Of a stretch of 64,000 bases of DNA, positions 42,301-51,245 are shown in pieces. Made by a program: the position numbers and the translations under genes. Location of the stretch: NCBI GenBank assembly GCA_963706285.1, contig CAVPLU010000009.1, positions 91,033 to 155,032 on the forward strand, in the 5' to 3' direction. Position 1 is the stretch's first letter. The number at the start of each line of letters is the position of its first letter. The notes beneath the pieces are model-generated. The model ran no database searches, was not told where the DNA came from, and saw nothing but the letters and a program-made list of their open reading frames with translations. The DNA is from Candidatus Bathyarchaeota archaeon. GTDB lineage: Archaea > Thermoproteota > Bathyarchaeia > 40CM-2-53-6.

Positions 42301-44565
42301 CTACGAAAGCGAGTACATTACTCTCTTTTCGATCGTGCGCTTCTTGCCCTCAGGCCACAACGCGACAGGTATGTAGGTAGATGATGACCGTCCATATTGT
42401 CCAACATTATCCGATGCGCACGAACTGCAACTTGTAACCAACCCTGCGATAACTCGATTACAGTTCCTGCAAAACGAGTAGGCTCTGGAATAAGTTATGA
42501 ACCGGATGCCGCTGGCAGCTGCTTCGTGCGAAACCGACAAGAGTGCTTCCGTGGTTGCCTTCGAATCCACAGAAATCACGGCCAAATGGCCTCCCGGAGT
42601 CAGAGTCTGAAGCATCCCTTCGATAGCTAACCTTTCACTGAGAGGAACCTTTGATGTCAAAGGAACACCTGGCATATCTGTGTAGAATGGGGAGTTCCTG
42701 CCCCCTTGGGCAGACACCGTGCTCTTGCCGTAGTGTTCGACATCGAGTTCGGCCAGTCTTGAGGCCGCTTCATCTCCGGGTCTTTCTGAAAGTGCCACAC
42801 GCATTCCTAGGTTCTCTGACGCAGCTTCGGTTTGCCTTCGCAACTCTTGGAGGATCTTCTCTCCGAAAACTAGTGAATCTTTCTTCAACTCGCTACCGGT
42901 ATGGGCAAGGCAAGCCTCGTTCAGTCCCAAGATCGCCACTGCATAGATAGCTACTTTCTCACGGAAGTACGGAGTACCTTGACCTGATCCGAAGAGCAGC
43001 GGAAGTGCAGTTTGTTTCAGTCTATCGACCATGAACTTCCGCTTGATCTTGAAGGCCTCTAATGCCAAAGTAAGCGAATCTGTCATTGATTTGAAGAATC
43101 TATCGTCGTCTCTTCGTGCTTCATAAGCAAGTCTAGGCAAGTTGAGAAAGACCGTTGTCATACAACCTGTCCTATAGCAGTCTGACTCCCATTGCTTACT
43201 CCAATCATCCGAAAGCCTAAGGCCCGTGGCTGTGTAGCAGTCGGGTGAGCCGTCTCGAAGAAACGCAATGTACGGTAGCGTCCGAGATGCCGCTAGTTCG
43301 TGAGTTTTGAGAACGCGAGATCGAGTTTCATCTTTTCTCTCGGCCGAGTCCCGAATCTTGAAGATCAACCTGGGGCTCGCCAAAAGGTTGGTCAATGCTT
43401 CTCGTGAAATCGCATCTAGTAGGGCATCAAGAACGACCCTCGTCTCCTCGTGGTAGTCACCGTAGACTCCCATCGTTCTACCTCCAGGCCCGATGGCCTC
43501 AACACTCTCTAGGAACTCAGGCACTCCATATTCGAGCCCAAGAGAAAGTCCGGGCTGAGGGGGGCCCAGTGGCAGGTCGCGTTCTATGGATAAAAGAAAT
43601 AGCGCAAGCGATTCCCTGACCGAGTCCTCAGAGGTATTCTTAACGTAGGGCGCTAGGAAGACATTGAATAGGTCAAAACCTTGTTCGCCTGATATCTCTG
43701 TAATTCCGAGACGGTAGACGCTCTGGATCAATGCCAAAGCTGCGTTGAAGCTTTGTGGTGGTTTCAATCCAACAAGCCCGTTCTTCAGGAAATATCGGAG
43801 ATCATGTTGGATTTCGCTCGGCTTTAGGGGCCAGCTCTCAAGGTCGGATATGTGGATTTGGCCTGAGATGTGCGCGTCTGCGATCTCACGTGGCAAGCAC
43901 TCCAGCAGGACATACTCTCCCAAGACAGACGCTCCTGCGGTCCTCTGAACGTAGTCAGTGGTCAACCCGAGTTCTCCGGTCGAATGGAGAAGCTGAGTGA
44001 CATCGTATACCGGCATTCCAACACGCGTCAGCTTATGCCTGTATTCTTCGAGTTTCTTCTCGATAAGAATTGCATTAACAAACTCGCGGATCAAGGCCGA
44101 AGTCAGGTACGAAGTTCTAAGCTTGATTAGCCGGTCCTCTGCTTCTGCCGCTATTTCGTCCGCAAGTTCCTGGGGAACGCCTGCTTCAACAACCAGTGAC
44201 TTCGCTATCTTGCTTCTGTGGAAGTCCTCGATCGCTAGCCGCGAGGTTCTAACGAACAATTTGCCGCGTTTCACACTGACGTATTCCTCTAGATCTCTCG
44301 CAAAATGTATCACCATATCTCCCAGTTCAGTTATCTCGTACTTCTTTGCGCGTTTATCCGAACTGATTAGTCCGGCTTGAGTCAGGCTTCTAAGGTGGTA
44401 TACGAATTTTCCAGCGTCACGGACAGGATCCAACTTCAGAGCCGACATGATCTCGGTATATGGCAACGCGCCTTTCGTGGAGAGAAGTCGGAGCACTTGC
44501 ATACGTAGCGGAGCGGAGGCAGCGTCGAATATGGTCGCTCCCAGTTTCTCGAAGGAACGCAGCAT
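42301..44565 (-). CDS. wHTH + ATP-cone + class III RNR (NrdD)-fold protein with degenerate catalytic residues
   Basis: N-terminal ArsR-like HTH (R-x-x-VL-x-LL...YHL-x-x-L-x-x-AGL); ATP cone (VRTS...F-x-R-x-KI...LIRE-x-V); NrdD motifs AH-x-x-G-x-IH-x-x-DL, FNVFLAPY, NLPRLA, GGH and C-terminal CxxC...CxxC. Confidence 0.85.
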   Translation of the reverse strand: MLRSFEKLGATIFDAASAPLRMQVLRLLSTKGALPYTEIMSALKLDPVRDAGKFVYHLRSLTQAGLISSDKRAKKYEITELGDMVIHFARDLEEYVSVKRGKLFVRTSRLAIEDFHRSKIAKSLVVEAGVPQELADEIAAEAEDRLIKLRTSYLTSALIREFVNAILIEKKLEEYRHKLTRVGMPVYDVTQLLHSTGELGLTTDYVQRTAGASVLGEYVLLECLPREIADAHISGQIHISDLESWPLKPSEIQHDLRYFLKNGLVGLKPPQSFNAALALIQSVYRLGITEISGEQGFDLFNVFLAPYVKNTSEDSVRESLALFLLSIERDLPLGPPQPGLSLGLEYGVPEFLESVEAIGPGGRTMGVYGDYHEETRVVLDALLDAISREALTNLLASPRLIFKIRDSAERKDETRSRVLKTHELAASRTLPYIAFLRDGSPDCYTATGLRLSDDWSKQWESDCYRTGCMTTVFLNLPRLAYEARRDDDRFFKSMTDSLTLALEAFKIKRKFMVDRLKQTALPLLFGSGQGTPYFREKVAIYAVAILGLNEACLAHTGSELKKDSLVFGEKILQELRRQTEAASENLGMRVALSERPGDEAASRLAELDVEHYGKSTVSAQGGRNSPFYTDMPGVPLTSKVPLSERLAIEGMLQTLTPGGHLAVISVDSKATTEALLSVSHEAAASGIRFITYSRAYSFCRNCNRVIAGLVTSCSSCASDNVGQYGRSSSTYIPVALWPEGKKRTIEKRVMYSLS

Positions 44566-44583
44566 GCTGCAGACATTGTGCGG

Positions 44584-44647
44584 AGTACTCTAAAAAAGTG
44601 TACTGATACTTCTGATCGCTAGATTGGATTTCCAGAACCCTGGAGAT
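44584..44647. promoter_or_regulatory. Two imperfect palindromes in the divergent promoter between the NrdD-like gene and the phosphorylase
   Basis: AGTACTCT-AAAAA-AGTGTACT (44584-44604) and ATTTCCAG-AACC-CTGGAGAT (44628-44647), each with 7/8-bp arms. Confidence 0.4.
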
Positions 44648-44756
44648 CGGTCATGTGCGGTGAATCCAACTGCACAGGTCGAGTTATTCTAAGAACGCGA
44701 GATGTCGACGAACGCTTTTATCCCGTAGCTTTCCACGGCTAAGTAGGGGTCGAAGA

Positions 44757-45590
44757 ATGAACGAAAGACTAGTTTCCGCTGCGCGGCCTCAATCAGCTGA
44801 AGGAGTTCAGTATCACATTTCAGCGAAGCGAGGACAGATAGGTGACTATGTCTTTCTGCCTGGTGATCCGGATCGCGTGCCGAAGATAGCTAAGTTCTGG
44901 GACTCAGCTCACGAAGTATCTTCTCACAGGGAATACCGAATATGGTCTGGAACGGTCAGTGGAACGATGGTGTCGGCCTGTTCTACGGGCATTGGCTGTC
45001 CAGCCACGGCCATTGCAATCGAGGAGCTGGGCAGAATCGGCGCAAAGACATTCATTCGAGTTGGTTCCTGTGGATCACTGCTGCCCGACCTGGAATGTGG
45101 AGACCTGGCAATATCCACAGCCGCCGTTCGTCTCGACGGCACCGGAGCGCAATATGTCACCGCTGCATATCCCGCCGCTGCAAGTCACGAAGTGGTCCTC
45201 GCACTTATCGAGGCTGCTGAGAAACTGGGCAAGAAGTACAGAGCAGGGTATACCGCGTCAACCGACAGCTTCTATGCGGGTCAAGGTCGGCCGGGCATTG
45301 AAGATTATCTGCCCACAGATGCTGAGACGCTCATTGAGAGGCTTCGAAGACAGCGTGTGATCACAATGGAAATGGAAGCTTCTGTGATCTTCACCTTGGC
45401 GGGCATCTATGGATTCCGCAGCGGCTGCGTACTCGCGGTGTACGCGAACAGAGCCACAAACAAGTTTGAAGTCAAAGGGGAAGAGGACGCATGCAGAGTT
45501 GCAGTGGAAGCGGTTCGAATCCTAATCAAATGGGACTTGGATCGTCAAAGAGCCGGGAAAAGATACTGGTCACCAAGCCTCAGTTACTGA
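44757..45590 (+). CDS. udp: Nucleoside (uridine) phosphorylase
   Basis: QYH, LPGDP-x-R, STGIG-x-P-x-x-AI-x-x-EEL, IRVGSCG, SFY-x-GQ-x-R, MEME. Confidence 0.9.
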   Translation: MNERLVSAARPQSAEGVQYHISAKRGQIGDYVFLPGDPDRVPKIAKFWDSAHEVSSHREYRIWSGTVSGTMVSACSTGIGCPATAIAIEELGRIGAKTFIRVGSCGSLLPDLECGDLAISTAAVRLDGTGAQYVTAAYPAAASHEVVLALIEAAEKLGKKYRAGYTASTDSFYAGQGRPGIEDYLPTDAETLIERLRRQRVITMEMEASVIFTLAGIYGFRSGCVLAVYANRATNKFEVKGEEDACRVAVEAVRILIKWDLDRQRAGKRYWSPSLSY

Positions 45591-45742
45591 TATGTGACCT
45601 AGTCACATTGTGGAGCAGCGTTTTCTCTTGGACTCTCGATCAAGCCATGGCGCGGCTGACAGGAGCGCCGTAGGGCCTAATCTCGGCAAACGCCTCGACG
45701 AGCAAAGAACTTAAAGACTCATCTGCTCGCTTTCGCCGTGGT

Positions 45743-45910
45743 GCTCCGGTGGTGTAGCCCGGTTAACCCCGAGGCCGAGAGCATAGCGGCCTTATCCACT
45801 GGTGAGCCAGTGGAGGCCACTCGAGCCGTTGATCGCGGGAGATCGCTCGCAAGCGATCCGCGAATTCGAAAACGAGGCCTCTCTCGTCGCAAATCCCGCC
45901 CGGAGCACCA
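45743..45910 (+). tRNA. tRNA-Glu(UUC) with four BHB introns (20b/21, 34/35, 53/54, 59/60), CCA encoded
   Basis: Removing 45766-45779, 45794-45820, 45840-45864 and 45871-45893 gives a 79-nt cloverleaf: GCTCCGG/CCGGAGC, GCGGC/GCCGT, anticodon TTC, GCGGG-TTCGAAT-CCCGC, ACCA. Confidence 0.9.
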
Positions 45911-46043
45911 ATACAAGAATCGGTAGCCGTCTTAGTCTCGAACCTCAGTTCTTTGAGGCAACGGCTTCAACGTCTGAGGGCTTCACGACACAAACCTTTT
46001 GGTCACTTGAATCCATGAGGGAGAGAGACGGGTTGTCCGGCTC

Positions 46044-46718
46044 ATGCAACTTGGTGAACTGCATCTCGTAGAAGATATCAGAGTGAACGATAGTGATGCG
46101 CTCATCATTGTGGACTTGCAGAACGACTTCATGCCGTCTGGTGCTCTCGCCGTCAAGAGTGGAGATGAAATCGTTGGACCAATCAATCGCCTCGCTGAAA
46201 GCTTCCACAATCAAGGTAACCTTGTTGTAATGACTCAGGATTGGCATCCTGCAGGCCACCTTTCTTTTGCGAGCAGTCACGGGATGAAACCATACGATCC
46301 CTACGAGTCCGATGGGATAGGGCCGATTCTCTGGCCGGATCATTGTGTTCAAGGTTCACTGGGCGCTGAGTTTCATCCCCACATCCAGGTGAAATTTGCC
46401 AATGCAATTATCCGGAAAGGATACCATGTGGGAGTGGACAGCTATTCAACATTCATCGAGAATGACAAGAAAACCCCTACAGGTCTCTCCGGCTACCTCA
46501 GAACATTGGGGAAGAAGCGAATCTTTCTCTGCGGACTTGCGCTCGACTATTGCGTCTACCATTCTGCACTGGATGGTGTGGATCTAGGGTTTGAGGTAGT
46601 TGTGCTAGTCGACCTCTCAAAGGCAATCAACTCACCATCAGGGCGACTTTCCGAGGCGTTGGACAGCATGACTAAGAGACACGTTCAATTCACTAGATCA
46701 ACCGAGATCGTGGTTTGA
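46044..46718 (+). CDS. pncA: Nicotinamidase/pyrazinamidase
   Basis: VDLQNDF, QDWHP-x-x-H-x-SF, WP-x-HCVQ, RKG, DSYS, GLA-x-DYCV. Confidence 0.93.
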   Translation: MQLGELHLVEDIRVNDSDALIIVDLQNDFMPSGALAVKSGDEIVGPINRLAESFHNQGNLVVMTQDWHPAGHLSFASSHGMKPYDPYESDGIGPILWPDHCVQGSLGAEFHPHIQVKFANAIIRKGYHVGVDSYSTFIENDKKTPTGLSGYLRTLGKKRIFLCGLALDYCVYHSALDGVDLGFEVVVLVDLSKAINSPSGRLSEALDSMTKRHVQFTRSTEIVV

Positions 46719-46861
46719 AGTCACGTACACATCGCTGTCATAGTCTTGTTGATCTTTGCACTACAGAATCTGGCGCCGAGCACCAGAATCCAAGAATTTT
46801 TGGGCGGCCCGAGGAACTAATAAATAAGGCGCGTGGTGGGGTTAGGGGCCGCGTGACTTTC

Positions 46862-47140
46862 ATGAAGTTTCCGAAGGCAATCACAACCTACTGCCCCAAA
46901 TGCAAGGGCCACACAGAACACGGAGTGTCAATCTACAAGAAGGGCAAAGAGCGCACGCTCTCAGCTGGCGCTAGGCGTCACGAACGCGAGAAGCATGGGT
47001 ACGGCGGTCAGAAGTGGCCTACACTCAAACGAACAGCCAAGACTACGAAGAAGCAAGTGCTCCGCCTCACATGTAGGAAATGCAATCAAATCGTCCCAAG
47101 ACTCGGGATACGCCTTCGCAAACTCGAAGTTGGAGCGTGA
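46862..47140 (+). CDS. rpl44e: 50S ribosomal protein L44e
   Basis: TYCP-x-C-x-x-HT-x-H, GYGGQ, K-x-TKK-x-x-L-x-x-x-C-x-x-C. Confidence 0.95.
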   Translation: MKFPKAITTYCPKCKGHTEHGVSIYKKGKERTLSAGARRHEREKHGYGGQKWPTLKRTAKTTKKQVLRLTCRKCNQIVPRLGIRLRKLEVGA

Positions 47141-47148
47141 AATCGCAC

Positions 47149-47343
47149 ATGGTCAAGAAAGATCCGATTCCCAAGCCTCGCAGCAATTTTCTGAAAGTCA
47201 AATGCACAAAGTGCGAGCATGAGCAGATAGTCTTTGATCGAGCTGCCGTGCAGGTCAAGTGCGAGAAGTGTGACGATGTGCTCCTTGAAGCACAAGGTGG
47301 AAAGGCCAAAGTAAGAGGCGAGGTCACGCAAGTCCTTGGCTAG
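47149..47343 (+). CDS. rps27e: 30S ribosomal protein S27e
   Basis: PRS-x-FL-x-VKC-x-x-C-x-x-EQ-x-VF, C-x-x-C, GGK. Confidence 0.95.
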   Translation: MVKKDPIPKPRSNFLKVKCTKCEHEQIVFDRAAVQVKCEKCDDVLLEAQGGKAKVRGEVTQVLG

Positions 47344-47371
47344 ACCTCTCTGCGATGGGAGTCTAAGCGTC

Positions 47372-48151
47372 ATGTCTGTTCCTAATTACCCCGAAGTCGG
47401 GGATCTCGCTATTGCTACTGTGAAGCGGGTCGTCGACTACGGCGGCTATGTCAGGTTGGATGAGTACGAAGGGATTGAAGGGCTAATCCACATCTCTGAG
47501 ATCTCGACCACTTGGGTCAAAAACATCCGTGAACATGTTCGTGAGGGGCAGAAGCTAGTTCTCAAGGTCTTGCGTGTGGATCGCGAACGCGCCCAAGTTG
47601 ACCTGTCACTTAGGCGGGTTACGGGTCGAGAAAAGACGGACAAGATGCTTGAGTGGAAGAGAAGTAAGAAAGCTGATTCGATTGTCAAAGGTGCGGGTGA
47701 GCGTCTGAAAGCAGATGCTGAAACGACCGAGAAGATGCGTCTCCTTCTGTACGAGAAGTTGGAGAACCCGTTTGAGACGTTTCAGGAGGCCGTTGAGGAA
47801 GGCGAGGGCGTCTTCGCGAAACTGGAGATAGCGCCAGAATGGGCAACCGCGCTTACTGAGGTATCGCGAAGCAAGGTGAAACTGGAGAAGGCCTCTCTTA
47901 CTGCTACAATCGAACTCACCTGCAGAGCTCCAGAGGGAATCGAAGCAATCCGGACTGCACTAGTCAATGCGAAGAAAGTTAAGAAGCCAAGAGGAGCGAC
48001 CGTTCGGATCTACGCGATTGGTGCGCCGAGGTACAGGATCGAGGCCACAACGCGAGAGTACTCAGAGGCTGAGGCGTTGTTGAACTCAGCCGTTGAGGAA
48101 GCCACATCCACGTTGAAGGGTTTCGGCGGCGAAGGGCGCAGAGCTAGTTGA
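47372..48151 (+). CDS. eif2a: Translation initiation factor aIF2 alpha
   Basis: YPE-x-G, LDEY, HISEI, DLSLRRV, GAPRY. Confidence 0.95.
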   Translation: MSVPNYPEVGDLAIATVKRVVDYGGYVRLDEYEGIEGLIHISEISTTWVKNIREHVREGQKLVLKVLRVDRERAQVDLSLRRVTGREKTDKMLEWKRSKKADSIVKGAGERLKADAETTEKMRLLLYEKLENPFETFQEAVEEGEGVFAKLEIAPEWATALTEVSRSKVKLEKASLTATIELTCRAPEGIEAIRTALVNAKKVKKPRGATVRIYAIGAPRYRIEATTREYSEAEALLNSAVEEATSTLKGFGGEGRRAS

Positions 48152-48309
48152 AGTGGCAGATACGTAAGTGCGTCAGTTGCAGCCGGTACACTCTCAAGGA
48201 CAAGTGCCCTAGCTGTGACGGTGACACCGTGATCGCGCATCCTCCCAAGTTCTCTCCTGCCGACAAATACGCGAGGCTACGACGCCCAACAGGTCAGGCT
48301 TCTGAGTAG
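48148..48309 (+). CDS. nop10: H/ACA RNP protein Nop10 (below the ORF-track length cutoff)
   Basis: Manual translation MKWQIRKCVSCSRYTLKDKCPSCDGDTVIAHPPKFSPADKYARLRR; follows aIF2a. Confidence 0.93.
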   Translation: MKWQIRKCVSCSRYTLKDKCPSCDGDTVIAHPPKFSPADKYARLRRPTGQASE

Positions 48310-48367
48310 ACTTCACTGTCGTTGGGTGAATTTGCGATTCGACCTAACGCGCAGTGCTGCAATTCGA

Positions 48368-51140
48368 CTACTCGACAGTCTTGACGTAGAGTACTGCTGT
48401 GTTGCTGGTGGCAGTTCCGAAGTTTCCGGAGCCCGAGTATGTTGCCCTAACGTAGATAGTTCCAGCTACAACCGGACGCCACGTGTAGTCGAGAGTGCCG
48501 TTCTTGGGTGGGAGGGCGTCGACTCTGCTCCAAGTCTGGTCGTTTGTGCTATACTCTATCGTGAATGTGCCGTTCGAAAGTTTCTCAGACAGCCTCATGG
48601 ATATCGTCACGTTCCGCCCGAAAGTGATAGTGGAGTTCGAAAGTGAGATCTTCAATGTGACAGGCTTGGGCTCGACGAGCACCGACACCTCATTGCTCGT
48701 GGCAGATCGGGCCTCTCCTCTGATTTCATTCAAAGATGCTCTCAGAGAATAGTTCCCAGCGGTCGTGGGTGTCCAGTCGTAGGCGAATCTGCCTTCTGAC
48801 ACAGCGGCATCTGCGATTCTCTGTCCAGTCTCTCCTTCGGCTTGCAGCAAACCTGCGATTGTTACCGTTCCTGTCTTGTAGGGTATCCCTTCGTTATCGG
48901 TTACGGTTCCTGAGATTCGAACGCTTTCGCCAAACCTGATTCTGTTTGCTACTGACGTTGATGGTCATCAGTGTGGTTTTCGGATACAATACCTTGTACA
49001 CCAAAACGAACTTGTTCGATGAGCTGAACACTCGGTCAAAATAGTCCGATGTCGCTTGGGATATTCCCACGCCCGTGTTCATCATGAAGCCCAATACCGA
49101 GTTATCGTTAAGGTTCTGTCCGGACGAAATTGTCACGTTGGAGACGATCTTGTTTCCTGTCTCTAGCAGACGCGTATACGCGATTTGGGTCTGTCCGCTC
49201 TCGTCCTGTCCTCTCTTCTCCTGAAACACGACGGTCTGATTATCGTAACTTGTCTGATTGGCTATGCGTGCCATCCAGTACCATTTTCCATCTTCGCCAG
49301 CACCGAGGAAACTTGGTTGGCTTTCGCCTTGTGTAGCTGCGTAGGTTACGAAGATCGCAACATAGGAAACATCGTATTTCTGCATCATTGGAATAGCTGT
49401 AGTTTCGTTTCGCATGAACATTTGAGCGATCATTGCGATTTGCGTTGTGTTCTGTGTTCCATTGTCCGCCAAAGTTCTGCGATCCGCGAGCGCGGTAATC
49501 CAATAACCATAGTCCCACCATGCCATGACAACGGATGATTGAGGTGTATTGTCACGAATCCATGCGAGTGCTTCGAGCCAGTCTTGATATTTGGTGCCTT
49601 CACTTGGTACGACCGGAATGCTTGATGTTGCTATGGTCGCTGGTGCATATGCTGCGGCGACCGCCTTCGAAAAGGCTGGTACGATTGCGATTATTAGAAT
49701 AAGGAGTACAGCGAGGCCGAATTCTCTGCCGATCCTGACGAGTCCTGGCATCCTCCTTTTCGGGAATATGACCGCCTGGCGGAGTATGTCCACAGCGGGT
49801 TTGGCCATCTCGACAACGGCAATTGCAGCCAGTATGGAGAATGCCGGTGCAAGTATCAGCGTAAGCCGAACGAGAGATCCAGAGAAGTAGAGTGATGTCA
49901 CTGCTGCGAGTGTGAGGAAAATGTCCGTATCGCGGAGACGGCGGATAATGAAGAAGAACCCAAACAGACCGAGGAACGTAAGGGTGTTGTATTCATAGAA
50001 GAATGACGCCCAAGTGGCTGGTCTGTGTTCGGACACGCTTTCGACAATTGGCATATCAAGCCGTGTGAAGGGGTTCAAGGTTGACAGGAACTTGCCGCCC
50101 GGTAGTTGCATCAGATTCAATGCGACCAAGGCGTATGCCACGCCCACAAGAACCACCGATACGGCTACGAGTGCGTAGGCGCGGTACCTCCAATTGGGAA
50201 GCATGCCACCTGCCTCACGCACGAGCAGAAGAAGAAGGACCCCCGGGATAACCAGGAAGCTAAGACCTGTTAGCGCTCCGAATCCTATCTTGGGCACGGC
50301 CAACGGAGTCAAGAATAGGAAGAGGCCATAGGTTACTGCGTAGGAAAGCAGAAGCTTACGTGAGTATCTGCCTGTCACGACGAGAGCCGCAACGTAGAGC
50401 ACAATCAGGTCGACCGGATAGTAAGATGCAGCCCATGTAGCGGATAGATAGAATAACGACAAGCCTGCGAGCAGCGAGTACGCGATAGTTCCTCTCAGGC
50501 TTCGCGTTTTCTGATTTGCACGAAGGAAGAATAGGAAGATCAGAACCATCAGCAGTATTCCAAGCGGCTCATGCCGGAGAAAGCCTAGCGTAGTACGGCT
50601 GATATTGCTCGGATTTAGAGCCATGAATAGCGCAGTCAATAGTCCCGCGCCACGACCCCACAGGTCCTTACCGAGGAAGTAACACGCAAGCGATGTGAGA
50701 GCACCTGCCACGACGGGAAACAACATCGTTACGTCGAAAACAGTCGTATTCACTCCGATCGCTTGCAGAAACATGTAGACAGCAGCCACGGTGAATGCAA
50801 CGCCGTAAAGGTTGCCGTAGGCCATGGTCATGCCCCATGGGTACCAACTGAGCGTGTCATGCCAACTGAACCATGCAAGAAAGCCGTTCTTCACTATGTA
50901 TTCTGACATCCGCCACTGGAGGTATGGGTCGAACTCCGACAAGTAATATCCGAATCGGAGAGGCAGTAGACGAACTGCCAACGCCACCACAAACATCAAT
51001 GACAGTACGAGAACCTCCAACAAGCCTCCTCGTGAGACCGTGGAAGCTGCTTTACGAATCGCACGCATCCTGCTTGCTAGGACTTCCCTGCCAATGTAAG
51101 GCCCAAGAGCGGACTGCAATCGTTCGAACCGTGGCAACAT
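48368..51140 (-). CDS. aglB: Oligosaccharyltransferase AglB/STT3 with C-terminal Ig-like extension (indel near 48940)
   Basis: EFDP, SVSEH, WWDYG, ADN-x-T-x-N, D-x-x-K-x-x-WM; multiple TM helices. Confidence 0.92.
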
Positions 51141-51245
51141 GTTGCACCTTTGTCATTATGCACCTATTTGTACGCGAAGCACCATTGTCAAACAGGGCGA
51201 GCAGTTAAAGTTTGCCCGAAAATGCGGAGGTTCCGCATGCTCGTA

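Noticed and set aside
42301-44565. Ordinary active anaerobic ribonucleotide reductase nrdD
   Set aside because: Radical Gly and catalytic Cys positions are substituted, so the gene symbol was withheld
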